From: Daphnia carinata
Taxonomy: Eukaryota
Assembly: GCF_022539665.2 (NCBI RefSeq)
Contig: NC_081331.1
Span: 8,804,001 to 8,868,000, forward strand
Reading direction: 5' to 3'
DNA: 64,000 bases
Shown: positions 25,201 through 38,830 of the stretch, in pieces
Position numbering within the stretch: the first letter of the stretch is position 1
Layout of the letters: every line of letters starts with the position of its first letter
The notes under the pieces: generated by a model
Databases searched by the model: none
What the model was told of the DNA's origin: nothing
What the model saw: the letters and a program-made list of their open reading frames with translations, nothing else
Translations under genes and position numbers: made by a program

Positions 25201-28200
25201 TTGATTACTTAGAATACCGAAATACTGTGACGGGATTGATATGGAGCAAAAATGCTACCATTATGGTAGCCTGATGAAGGATCATCTTGGCTTTTTCTAA
25301 TGTTTTTCATGGCAGTTTGTGACAACATGCTTCGTTAATTTTACAAAACACGGCTCATTTTACAGCTTTGTATGGCAAGCTAAAGACCATACAGGCCGGT
25401 CAGAAGTTGAAACGTCAATCTCTATAGTTAACTTCATTTCCTGTCTACGCAATACACGGCGTTCTCTATTCGTCTGAAACCCACGCAACAGTGCAAAGGC
25501 CCAACTAGTTGACATGGCTGTTAATAGAACTTCAAGTGACATGCCATACGGCACTGAATTTGAATGTTCCGATTTTTCCCACTAGAAAAAAGAGAAATGG
25601 TAGAAAGGTCTGTCGCTTCAGCCGTGGGAGTTCCTCAGGGTTCATTCACACACTAAATAGCCGTTAGCCGTTATTGAGAATAAACACACAAAAATAAATA
25701 AATATTTAAAAAGAGGGGGAGGGGGGCAAAGAAGAAAAATGAGAACAGTTGAAGATTTGTTTTCGTAAAGGTAAGTATATCGAAAACTTGTATGTCAGGA
25801 AAAAAAACTGGGTATAAAAAAAAAGGAAGGAAAAAAGAAGAGTAGTGGCCTAGTTGGAAGGGGAAACGACTGTCATAACTCCATGAAAAAGGCAACGGAA
25901 GTGGCCGAAGACTCCACAGCTGAGACTAACCGCCTAATTAGCCGGCCATTCTATCTCCTCAAGCAGGAATAGCCTTGAGTAATCTAGCGCTTGCTAGCCT
26001 ATCTGCTACTGTTTGAATATACGTGTAATTTCTTTTCCACAAGTTTCCCATTCAGCTTTGTGCCATCCCCCCTTTCTCTTTCAAGGAACGCACCTATTGC
26101 TGCTTTAAACTTTTTTTTTTTTGTCTTTCTATGCCTTACAAATAAGAGTCATTTCCTCTCAGTCCGCAGTGGGGTGGAGGAAAGACGGGTGCGCGACAAG
26201 AGGATGCACCAGCAACTGAGAATGCAAGTAGGAAAACAAAATAGGAAGGGAAAGAGGAGGCGGAGTGAGAAATGGAGGTGGTTTTGCCCAACTTTTTGTT
26301 TGAGGGGGACAGGGGAAGGAAAGGAAGTTCGCCGAAAGAACCTCGCTCAGTGACTGACCCTTCACGATCGTACTTTTCTGTAATGACTGGCTTCCGTTTC
26401 CCTGTCGTAGGTAGGCGTCTATGAAAGTCGTCCACCCGCGCCGGAAAGGAAACGATCCGCCATCTTATCTCCTGAGCCAATCATCGGCATATCCTCTTTT
26501 TAGGTAAAACAAGTCAAGGTGAACTTGATGCTCTTCTTGGTCTACCAGTTTACCATGCATTTCGTTATCGTCAATAGTTATGTATAGCATTATTTCCTCT
26601 ACCAACTTGTGCCGACCATAAATTAAGCTATTTATCGACACACATGCGAAGAAAAAAAAATAATAATAAAGAAGGCAGGAGAAAGACAGAAAACAAAAAA
26701 GCAGATGAAAAAAAAAACCCAAAAAAAAGAATAGAGCATTTGGGTTCAAACCGTTTGCTGATGCCTGAACGGGTTGGTGTTCCATTGGCGCACTCGGTGA
26801 AGACATAGTGCCATCAGTTCTTCCTGATGTCGATGAAATTTCGCGATTTTTACCTGTAATAAAATGTCATCACATTATATATTTTTCTTTTTTTTACATC
26901 ATTTATATTTTCTCTTATCTAACCAGAAATCTCATCCGATTGGGCAAGTTACTAGGAAGAATGGCTGTCGGTTCTACTTAACAATAATTCAATTTTCTGG
27001 TTTATAGTATTCGCGAGATCTTACTTGTAATTTCTAAGGCATTTAATTATGTGAGGTATAAAGAATACATTAATACGAATGGTATAAAAACTTCAGGAAG
27101 TTCATTGTATTGCGCATTTTGGCAGGGGAAATATTTAGGACTAGACGATTTGAGCACTTGAACGTAACAAACGGTAGGCGCAGTAAGAATAAAGTGAATT
27201 GTAAACTTGCTTTACACCGACCGATCGAAGTCGTATTGCACCAACGAGGCACAAAAGATGCAGTTTGCTTGATAGTGCGTGTAATAATTAAACAAACCAT
27301 TCTCTTAAAATTTAAATTGGATACTTGGATGACAAATCAAATTAGATAATCAAATGAGTAAACAGGAAAAAGTTAGATGGTTAGAAGCGCAAAGGCTTAC
27401 AATTCCAGCTGAATAATAATCGCAACACCCTGGTTATAATGTTCACTAATGGCAGCACGGAACAGATGTCAACAGGTAGTGAAAGAGCCATGATTCGTAG
27501 AATATAGGAAAAACATAGACTTATTTCGAATTAAAAACTGAGAGAAGTGATAAAGCTATTGATATAGCAGGGGTCGGGATGGAGGTTATGGCCGAATGCC
27601 AAAATGGCGCGTATTTTCCTTCTAATCAGGTCCCCAGTGGCACTTAGAGACACTGATTAGCATCCAAAAGACAACTTCGCTAACGAATTGCCTTTCACTG
27701 TCTTTACACTTTACCAGCGTTATGCATTTTCAAAAAGTGCGAAGCACTTTATCCATTGCATTCGGGAGGTTGTGCATGGTACTATGTGGATTTCGCACAA
27801 GTATAATATGTTGAAAGGCGAAAAATGGATTTTTCAAAATTCTTTCGTAGCCCAAACTAGTGAACCATTGCTAATGGCGAAGGTAGAAAATCAATTTTTT
27901 TCTTATTGATTATTCGCTTTACATTAGGACGAAAAAGGCAGATTTAAGCAAATACCACGTTTACTAAATGTTACGTTTATCCCTGGTGCGTCATTAACGA
28001 AATATTGCCAAGTGTAATACCAATCAGTGATAGCTCAACGGACATCGAAAGACTGGTATTCATCGCAGAATATGAAATTTCTTCCTATCATTTTTAAATA
28101 GCAGACTTAACAGATTGACCTGGTTTGCTGTTGACTATCAGGTAAGCTTGCTGTACGCCTAGGCTAAATTTTGGATCTAAGATTCAGCATGGCTAGCATA

Positions 28201-29898
28201 AATCAACAATTGGTAAGAAAGTCGGAATGAAAAAAATTCTAGGAAGAACAAGAAGCTGTTATTAGTCAAGTTATTAGTCAGTTATTAGTCAAGGCTGTTG
28301 CAGCACCAATCACAGACCTCTCGAGATCTCATTAGAGGCTTTACATATGGACTGACGACTATGACTGCATTCAAAGCGAAATCGCTTAATGGTCGTTGGA
28401 CGAGGGCACGAATAACGTTTTACGAAAAACATTTCGCTTTGTCTATTACGATAAACACGAAGCTTCAATATTTTTGTATTTCTAGTAGAGATATACCCCA
28501 AACACGTCTTACTAATGTTGATTTCAGAAACATTGTAAGTCGCATTACTTTAAGGTCATATCGCTCAGTCCTAAGGCACTTTATTCGTACAACCTTACTG
28601 TGGATAGCCGTACGTCGAAGACTAATTGTGGTACATTGAATTCACTTCATTACAGACACCACACGAAGCATCGTTTGCCAGCGACCTTATGACTTCCATC
28701 ACCCTTCTATTGAAATTCTGTTTCTGTTAAGGACCTTCACAAGTCAAAATACTGCTTTTAGTATGTCAAACGCTGGGCAACGTCTTGCGCGGCGATACGA
28801 TAAAAAAAAAATCAAACTAACAAAAGAATGTATAAATAAATGACCTTTAATCCTTTTGTCGGAATTGACGGCATCGCCAAAAGTGGAAGTGGCTCTGCTA
28901 CTGAGCAACTGATCAATGATGCTTGTCAAGCGGCCTTCACGTCTGCGTTCCGATTCTCCGATATATCTGTTTGAGTTGAGAAATGACTTTAGTATGTTTG
29001 GCTAGAATAGCAAAATTAGCGCCGTGACATTCCCAGTATATGACGAAACCTTAACGCATATTTATTGTCTGTCGACCATGTTTTGTAGCATAAATCTTTT
29101 CGACAAAATTTTTATTTACCCTATATCTCCCGCTGGAAGGGCATCCATGTTTCCAGATCGTCCTGCGTAATCCAAAAGAAGTTTTGATTTCTCGCTATAG
29201 CGCTCCACGCCTACTGGTAACTTGCTCTGATTGGTCACGAATTTTTCCTCATCTTAAAAAAAACGTAAAAAGTCGCTATCAGACTGGTGTGAGACTTAGC
29301 TAACAAAATTAGGCCTATTTAGAATTTGTGGACGAGAATATGACTAACTACGTATTCGTGGACGAATACTGGGCTTTTTCTTTACTTTTTCTTATTTTTT
29401 ATTTCTTGTTTTCCATTTTTACATATTGTGTTTCGGTCTAACGCATGAAAAGTGGCTTGTTTGCCAAATAAGTAGGCTAAATTTATTAGTATGGGTAACT
29501 CATGGCTTTTGTTCCAGAATTTTCCGTAACATCAAAAATTGAACTCTCCGAACTGAACTGAAGCTTGACAAAATGTTGAAATCAGTTAGACAAGGGAACA
29601 GAGCTCGAACATCTATTTACCACTTTCAGCTCAAATAATGTTAGTACAATCAAAGCTTCGAAGCCCAAACTGTAGAATTAAGGATTCAAATCTCTACTGT
29701 TCACCTAAATGCCGTTCCCCTGTGGCATGAACTTGTATATGATGAACCATCATCTAAGACAACCGTTACAAATTGCAACATTCGATTACTATCGATCAAT
29801 CGTCTATGAGTTACGTTATACATTGAAGAAAGATTTAGATAAACTGGATAAACAGCAATAAAAACAAAATGAACTCACCAACTTGTGGCCCTCGACAT
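19275..29898 (-). CDS. Samuel: SAM-domain protein, Samuel/Moses-like. Confident exons 21942-20711 and 19508-19275; probable exon 26853-26752; 5' exons tentative
   Basis: SAM split by a GT-AG intron: WSISHVVDFVKSIDICSEYAQ|AFEDQSIDGSTLPLLTEEHLITSMNMKLGPALKLRSVLA, then a Cys-rich tail CAICLHCIHC; motif SRNYSDFMRSLAAKY; exon phases are compatible. Confidence 0.75.
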
Positions 29899-31080
29899 TG
29901 AAAACTTGGGTGATAGTGCCAAAAGAAGACTATCGCTGTTGCACAATATTTCACAGTTTTTTCATTGCGTTGAAATAATGCACGAATTTTCGCGTTATTG
30001 AAGAGACAACAAGTTTAAACAGCCGTGCTCTCCTTAAGGGAAGACAATGCCACGCAGCAAGTTTGTTGCAACCTTCTCACTCACGGGAATTGAGGGAAAA
30101 AGACCAGGGCTGTCTAGTTCCGCTGCCCAAAGACCAGCGAACCAATGACCGCAATTCGGAAACTTGAGGTAGTGGTGACCATCAGCCGTGACCGAGGAGC
30201 AGTTCTCACGACGTGCAATTGAATAACAGGGTAGGGCTAGATAAGCATTCTTCTGTATTCGGGTGAAACCTCTAAAACAGAAAGCTGAGTAGAATAGAAA
30301 AAAAAGGGGAAAAATGTAAAATGAAACTAGCAGAAATCTAAATTGGCGATCAATTAGTATATCATTGGCTTATTATGGTTACTACTTGCGTTGTATGTTC
30401 ATTCGCGGCAGGGAAGTACCCAGATATTTCTTTAGCCCTGCACATAGCGTGCGCTGACTATCTTGCTTTCTGACAGGGAATTAAACAGTGGTTATATTAT
30501 GAGCAAGCGCATCAATTACAATCGGAGCTGATTGGCTAAATAATTACTCGAAGTTGAATATTACCATCTCTGAGCCTACAATGTGCGTTTTCGGCAACGT
30601 GCATTTTATTGAAGAATGGTGATCGGCTTCCATTTACTTTTGCCAGCTACCACCAAGTAGTTGTACTTGAGACTCGTTAGACCTCTGGTTTGATGTTAAG
30701 TGTTACTCTCAGTTGACCTTGATCAACGATGAGCTTCACTATTCCTGACATTGATTCCCAACTTCGACTATTCCGTTCGCCAACTACGTAATTCAACTAT
30801 TGCTCTACTTTAGCGCGAAACTTTTGTTGACTTAAATGTGAAATTTTCTAAAACGTTGATGCACACGCACTCTAACGTTGGAGCTCTGAGTTGGAAGCTC
30901 AGAAACCTTTACTCTTTTCAAGTCTTGCAGATCGGTAGAAGTGTGTCATCTTGAAGGCTATACTGCTACTGATAAACATTTCAAATCCCTAATTTTTGTT
31001 GGTTGAATTTCATGAGGTATTCGATCATCCTTCATGTGCAGAGTCTAAAAAACGGAGAAAAAGAAAATGAAAAAAAGGAG

Positions 31081-31110
<30 letters not shown>

Positions 31111-31113
<3 letters not shown>

Positions 31114-31669
31114 ATTACTTAAAAGTAAACAGAAATGCGCCTGCTTTTACAGAAAACTGTGTTAGCTGTCTGAAAAAAAGCGTAATGAGTTCAGCGCCTC
31201 AAGTGGGAACAAGATAAACTATTTTTGACGGCAAAAACTTAGTACCGTCTTCACTTAAAGAAATTCCCGTTCCTAAAATAGTTAATATTAAGTTATACTA
31301 CTACAATGGGATATAGTTTAATGAATATCCTATCGATTAATGTAATTGCGACGTCTATAAAACATTTCCTTGTATTAAAAAAAAATTTCTAAAAAATGAG
31401 GTAGTGCCATAAGACATCCTATAAGCTCAACGCGTTGTTCGGATAATATATGACTAGCATGCAAGTCAAAAAGTCTTATAGATAAAAAATAAAAAAAAAT
31501 AGTGCTAGATAGCCCATTATTTAAATAACATCAGGACAAAATTTTATTTTTTTTATCGTCATTTTTACTGACCCTTTTTTGCCTTTGCGCAAGGGACCCT
31601 ACCGCCAGAAGACACCGTGTAAAAAAGCCCCAAAAACCCTTGGTGTTCGGATACTAAGGGCGGGTACTG
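31111..31669 (+). mobile_element. Centre plus right arm of the same palindromic Tc1/mariner-like MITE family
   Basis: Ends GGGTACTG|TA; right arm is the reverse complement of 63-543; 31111-31199 is a direct copy of 539-628; preceded by A30. Confidence 0.75.
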
Positions 31670-32780
31670 TATATTGTACTTATATAATGAATATGTACAA
31701 TTGGTGTGATAATTGAAATAAAAGAATATAAGAAAAACAATTTTTTAATTATTGGTCAGCTAAATTAGTTACAATAATTAGTTGACTAATTACAGTAAAT
31801 AGCCCTTGGTAAGGGCTGTCTATTTCTGGGTAATTGTTATCAACATTTTCAAAGGGAAAAAATCTCAAAGGCAAAATGTGTTTTTGTTGTTTTTCGATCT
31901 GAGGTTCTAATGGACGCAACTGATAAAAACAAAAAAATAGATGTTACGCTTAAACTTTTTCCTTTTCTGAAAATTTAACATAAATTTCATAGAATTAGAT
32001 AGCTCTTGATAAGAGCTATCGATTGATGCAAAATTTGTCAATTTTGACTGTTTATTTTCCTCATAAATAATTATTAAAGGATTTCATGATTTTAGAAAGG
32101 GGAGGGGGTGTGTGAAAAAGACGAAATTTTGCATTGATCGTTTGATGCTTAATCTTCGTCAAAACAGGAAATCATTATAATATTTTTGTTGCTGGTGATC
32201 AAGGAACAAGTTATTATAAACGATTACTTTTAAGATGCTATATTTAACCCCAAAAATTACGTTTGAAAAAGTGGTTTTTGATAAACCATTATGGCGGCCA
32301 TTTTTTTACCACGCCAAGTTCAAATTTTAAAAATGTAAATAAGTGTAAAAAATTTAAATTATAAGTACATATTTACATTTTGTTTGTGTCTAGAGAATTT
32401 CAATATCCGTCTTAGATAGAAAATCTTAAAAATTAAATAATATAAGCTAAACAAATTTATTTCATGGGTTCTCATTTAATTTACAACTTTAGGGGTCTTT
32501 TTCCACATTTCCGCATGGAAAACTACGTTTTATCGCGACTTCCGCATGGAAAAACTCTAAGCAGACAATATTCCAAAAAAACAATTGACTAACGCCCTGC
32601 GCGCTTATCATTTAGCCCATAAGAAAAAGTGCATCTGCAACTTTGTACTACTTAGTAGTGTACATATGTACTGAGACCATGTTGGACTCCTACCAATAGG
32701 CGAGACGCGGTCATTCCACGGTGTTTTCCACGCTATAGCTGTACATGCTACGCGTTTAAGATTCACCGGGGCTCGGCTAA

Positions 32781-32790
32781 CGCGCCAAAA
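32781..32790 (-). promoter_or_regulatory. E2F consensus site upstream of LIG1
   Basis: TTTTGGCGCG on the minus strand, 30 bp before the ATG of a replication gene. Confidence 0.5.
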
Positions 32791-32819
32791 TCTATAACAA
32801 CAATTAAGACAACCAAAAA

Positions 32820-35800
32820 ATGGAGCAACAAGGACAGCGTCTTATAACGTAATAATTAAACAGTTACGTACAACTCATGTATCTAATGCTTGTCGTATTT
32901 CAGATCTTTTTTTTCGAAACCACGTTTAACGTCTTCTGCAGAAGTCGTTAAAGGAAAAGAAAAGAGCGTAGAAGTGCGATGCACCGATGAAGCATCTGTG
33001 TTGCCGTGAGTAGACGTGAATAATGTTTTCCAAGTTCGTGCAATATACTACAACCCAGAAGATTGTTCACACATTCCAAAGATTTTATAGCTTAAACTGC
33101 TTATGTTTTAATAAAAAAATCACCACATCAGTACAATTGTTTAGGGGGATTAAAAGTTGTGCCAGTGACAGTCCAGCCAAAACAGCCACCAAAAAAGTAA
33201 AAGCACTTGAAAGTGATGATGAGGCTCCTGTTTCTCGAAAAAATAAGTAATGTATAGAGTGTAAAAAATTTTTCATTTTACCTAATAGTGAGTTATCTAG
33301 GAGGAGAAAATGTGCTGTAAGCAGCAGTGATGAGTCAGAACCAGAAACAGAGGCTATAACAAGAAACAAAAACTTGACACCAAAACTTAAATCACCAAGC
33401 AAATTATCAGGATCTACTAATGAAAATAGTACTACACTTTTTGAGAAAAAGGAGGACTCTAAGTTAAACAAGAAAAGTGTTCTATTAGTAGACAAAGAAG
33501 GTTTGAGTGCTATAAGATATTTTAGCCATGTTTAAAGTTATTGTATTTTATTGGGTAGATATTCTCATTTACTTAATGGCCATTCTTTGAAATAGATACA
33601 TGTGATTCAAACGATGAAATCAAGTTGGGGAATCATGAGTACTATAATCCTGGCAAGAACAGTTATCATCCTCTAAAAGATGCAACATGGAAAATGGGTG
33701 ATATCGTACCATACATGGCCCTAGCTAAAACACTGGAACTTGTGAGAAACTTTACTTAATATTGAATAAGCACAATTCCTTTCCAAATTTAAAATAATCT
33801 ACTTATTTATTCATTCACCAGATTGAAGAAACTAGTTCCAGGTTGAAAATGATAGAAATCTTGGCAAACTACTTCAGAAGTGTTTTTCTTTTGTCACCAA
33901 ATGATGTGTTGTGCTCTGTTTATTTATGTTTAAATCAATTAGCACCTGCATATATTGGTTGGTTGGCTTTTTTTTTTAACCTTCAACCAGCTGTTGAAAC
34001 TAAAAAACTTATTTTAATGCTCTTTCAGGCCTGGAGCTTGGAGTAGGGGAAGGTATAATCATTAAAGCTATTGCACAAGCTACTGGAAGAACAGCAGACA
34101 AAGTTAAAGCTGATGTATCAGCTAAAGGAGATGTGGGTTTAGTAGCAGAGGCATCAAAAAGCACCCAAAAAACCCTTTTTATTTTCAGGTGGTGTACTAA
34201 TGAAAAGCTTTTACCTTTAATAAATTGATTTTGTGATACCGTCAATTTACAGGCCAGCTATTTTAACAGTGAATAGCGTATTCAGCAAATTGACCGAAGT
34301 AGCTGTGATGACAGGAAATAGTTCCCAGACGAAGAAAGTAGATAAGATTCACGGATTACTCGTTGCTGCGAAGCAATTAGAAGCCCGTTTCATAGCACGA
34401 TCGCTGGCTGGCAAGCTACGAATTGGGTTGGCTGAACAGTCTCTTCTTCAAGCGTTAGCTTTTGCAGCTTCCGCAACTCCCCCAAATCAGCCTTCACCGC
34501 CTACCCAACTGAACTGTTTCCAGGGGCTTAGCAGTGAAGCCATTAAAGCCAAAGTGGAAGCTGCAGCAGTCATTTTAAAGACAGCATATTGGCAAGTATT
34601 AGCTTTATTCCTTCTATTTCTGTTTCTGCCGTAAATTCAAGCCATCGTTATTCAAGTTGTGAATTAATTGAGAATTGAGTTTGAATAATTGAGCTAGTTT
34701 TCCGACTTCTTTCGTTTTTTACGTGTAATTATAACACTATGGAAAGTTTCCTTTTGAAAAGATGCAATTCGCTGTATACTTAATATTGAACAGTTGGGTT
34801 AGTTTTGCGGGCCATTTTATTTTTTATTTTATATATTTGTTTTCTCGTTTTTGCAGCCAATGCCCTAGCTATGATCGAATCATACCAGTTCTTTTACGGG
34901 AAGGCGTAGCAGCGCTCCCACTGCATTGTACCCTTACTCCAGGAGTTCCATTAAAACCCATGTTGGCGTGTCCTACAAGAGGTGTCGGAGAAGTACTGCA
35001 GAAGTTTGAATCTACCAAGTTCACCTGTGAGTGGAAATACGATGGTGAAAGAGCGCAGATACACCTCCTCGAGAATGGCGAAGTCAGAATTTACAGCAGG
35101 AACCAAGAAAATAACACCTCAAAGTACCCTGATATTATCAGTCGCTTTCAGTCATGGATTGCTCCGTCAGCTTCCGTTCGATCTGCGATTATTGATTCTG
35201 AAGCTGTAGCTTGGGATACAGAGAAGAAAACAATCCTTCCGTTTCAAATTCTTTCAACGAGAAAACGAAAAGATGCTGTTGAAGCAGACATTAAAGTTCA
35301 AGTAAGATTTTTATTTTCAGCGTTGCAAACATTTGCCTGTTTTTTATTAAACAAATTTTCAACGCAATTAAAAAATATTTACAGGTTTGCGTATTCGCAT
35401 TTGATTTGTTGTTCATCAACGGAGAGTCCCTTGTCGAAATCCCGTTAATAGAACGTCGACAAAAGCTTTGGAACTCTTTTCATAGAGTTGATGGTCAGTT
35501 TGATTTTGCAACTAGCAGAGATCCACAATCAATTGAGGAAATCGAAGAATTTTTGGACGAATCGTTGAAAGGTGATGTTTTATTTAGGCCTAGTGGACAA
35601 TACTATCAAATGCCGTATATTAAACTGTTACATGCCCTTTGCCAGCTAAATTTTATCTAAATTGGTATGCTTATATATTTTTCAAACTCGTTTTTCTTTC
35701 ACTGAAGGCAATTGCGAAGGACTTATGGTTAAAGGCTTAGTGAAAGATGCTACGTATGAAATTGCGAAGAGATCGAAAAATTGGTTGAAATTAAAGAAAG

Positions 35801-36538
35801 ACTACTTGGATGGAGTTGGTGACACGATTGATGCCGTCGTAATAGGCGGTTATTTAGGCAGAGGCAAACGCACCGGTCTTTACGGCGGCTTTTTACTGGC
35901 ATGCTACGATGAAAACAATGAAGATTACCAGTCACTTTGTAAAGTAAGTGCATATCTGGTGTAGAATTCCAAAAGTTTTACTACATATTGCTTACCTGAA
36001 TTTTATAACATTATTAACCACCGTCCTGAATTTTGTTGAGCAGATCGGTACAGGATTTAGTGATGAAGATTTTCAGACCCATAGTGATTTCCTCAAAAAC
36101 CACATAATTCAAAAGCCAAAACCTTACTACCGGGTTAGATAATGTGCTACGTTAATCGCGTCATGTACCCAAATTAATAATCTTATCCTATTGCTATCTT
36201 ACTGTGCAGTTTGACCAAACGTTATCACCCGATCATTGGTTTGAGCCCGTGCAAGTGTGGGAAATTAAATGCGCTGACTTGTCCATTTCGCCAGTACATA
36301 GAGCTGCTGTCGGAATAATTGACCCTGTTAAAGGAATTTCTTTGAGATTTCCTCGTTTTATAAGAATACGACCGGACAAGAATCCGGAGAATGCTACATC
36401 AGCCGAACAGGTAACAAAAATGATGTAGCCTTTTTAACTGTTTACTAACAAATTACTTTATAGATTGCCGATCTTTACAAGAGCCAAGACCAGATAAAAA
36501 ATCGGAAAATAGAGGAGGATGAAGAGGGCTTTTATTGA
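32820..36538 (+). CDS. LIG1: DNA ligase I (multi-exon)
   Basis: N-terminal PIP box QRLITSFF across intron 1; [11 protein letters not shown]; active site [41 protein letters not shown]; stop at 36536-36538. Confidence 0.97.
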
Positions 36539-37481
36539 ATCATGATATTCCTATGAAAACCCTTTTCGAGTATAGAAGCATACTGTGGTGATATTTCATT
36601 CTATTGATTTTTGTGTAAATCAATTATCATTTGAAATAAATTACCGTAATTGTCAATCGCGCATTAGACCATAAAATAGATTGCTTATTGCGATTCCAGA
36701 AATGTAGCCTGATCAGTCGATTGACTATTAACAAAGCAACCAGATAGATTGTCCTACTATCCAATCCTTAGTCTTGTTTTTCATCGAAGTCCATAAGTAC
36801 TACAGTATTGCCTTGCGATTTGCTTCCTTCAATCGCATTCGTTAGAGTCGTTATCGTTATCCTTTTGGTTATAAAGAAAAATAATTGTACAGTATGTAGC
36901 CTACTAAATTAATCAAAAAATTGGTAATCCCCAAGTCTACAATAACCTTAATTTTCGTAATGTGCTACACAAGCATAAAAAATAAAGGTTCAATTGGTAA
37001 CAGTTGAAAATTTGGTTTGGTAAAAATTTCAGTCAACGATCCCTTCCGGATCGTTGTCCACATTCGAAGAAAAATTGACTACAAACGAATGAGCACACAA
37101 TGAGGCATTCTCTAATTGTTTGTATCCACCTATTTCTATTGAAATATGAACAGCTATGTTCCATTGAGTCTATCATACTTGCTCACCAGAAAGTTTTGAA
37201 TTAGGGCAGTGCTTAATTGAGAGCTAAACAATCTGTTTTTTTTTGCACTTTACTAGATCATAAATTTTTTCTAAGCTGTTATATTTTAAACGAATAGAAT
37301 GAAATTCAGCAATTATAGTAAACAGAATTAGTATACATTTTAATTTTTACTTTGTATACTTTTAAAAATTCTCATCCTTGAAGAAGTACACCAAAAATGT
37401 AAGGGAGAAAAAGACCCCTTTCAATGTGAGCACTAGATAATGAGAAAAGAGATTTCCCTCCCCTATTTGACTAGTAGTACA

Positions 37482-37888
37482 TCATGCACTGTACTTAGCC
37501 ACCAGCTCTTCTGACTTCACAACATACGCTTCTTTTGCTGCATCTGAAGACATGCCTTTTTTTGATTCCCAGGCATCCCATTTGGCTTTTCCTTTAAAAT
37601 CCAACATTCCAGGTCGTGCTGAATATAGAAATCAGTTTCAGGATATCAGAAAGCTTCATTTGAAAAATATTTATAGTAAAACTAACCAACGTTAACATCT
37701 CCAACAGTGGCTTGCTTAAATAACGCATAAATTTCTTTTAGTTCATCGTCAGTAGGCCTAGCAGTCAACGCTTTGATATCCTCTGCAGCTTTATTGAATT
37801 TCTATTATAAGGTATTTAAGAAAAATGATTAAATAATGTTTTAGAAAATTGTCAACCTAAAAATCCTGCGTACTTCATCAAGAGACAT
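37482..37888 (-). CDS. ACBP: Acyl-CoA-binding protein (DBI/ACBP), 3 exons
   Basis: [88 protein letters not shown]. Confidence 0.95.
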
Positions 37889-38308
37889 TTTTGCTGTTAT
37901 TGGACAAATATAATATTGTTCGTCAGGGTTCCTCCACGTAAGCCACTAGTGCCCACAAAACAAGATTAATAGATCCTCTTCTCAACAGGAGGAAAAATAG
38001 TTGTCTATTAAGTTAACTTCGGTTAACTTATCCAGCCATTGAAGATACAAGCAAGGAGCAAGGAGAGTAATTGGGCCTTGAGGAAATCTGGAGATTTAAA
38101 AAACATCAAATGAATTCTTGAAAATTAACGCTCGATCCAAGGCAATTAAACTAGAGTTTTTAAAGTACTATATAATAAACTGGCAGAAAGAAATAAGAAA
38201 AATATTTAGGTATTGCAACATTGGAATACTTTTTTTTTCATGAAAGCTTCTGTTTAGTACCTTTTCTTCTTTTTCCCTTTCTTGCTTGGTCGTCGTCTGA
38301 CTGTTCCA

Positions 38309-38316
38309 TTCTTTTC
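38309..38316 (+). promoter_or_regulatory. TCT initiator / 5'TOP tract of RpL37A
   Basis: TTCTTTTC matches YYCTTTYY about 45 bp upstream of the ATG of a ribosomal protein gene. Confidence 0.6.
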
Positions 38317-38354
38317 CGGGCCACTTAACGTCAGGTCTCTACGAAGCATACACA

Positions 38355-38830
<476 letters not shown>

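Noticed and set aside
28259..28293. ttattagtca(a)g x3 tandem
   Set aside because: Trivial intronic slippage repeat
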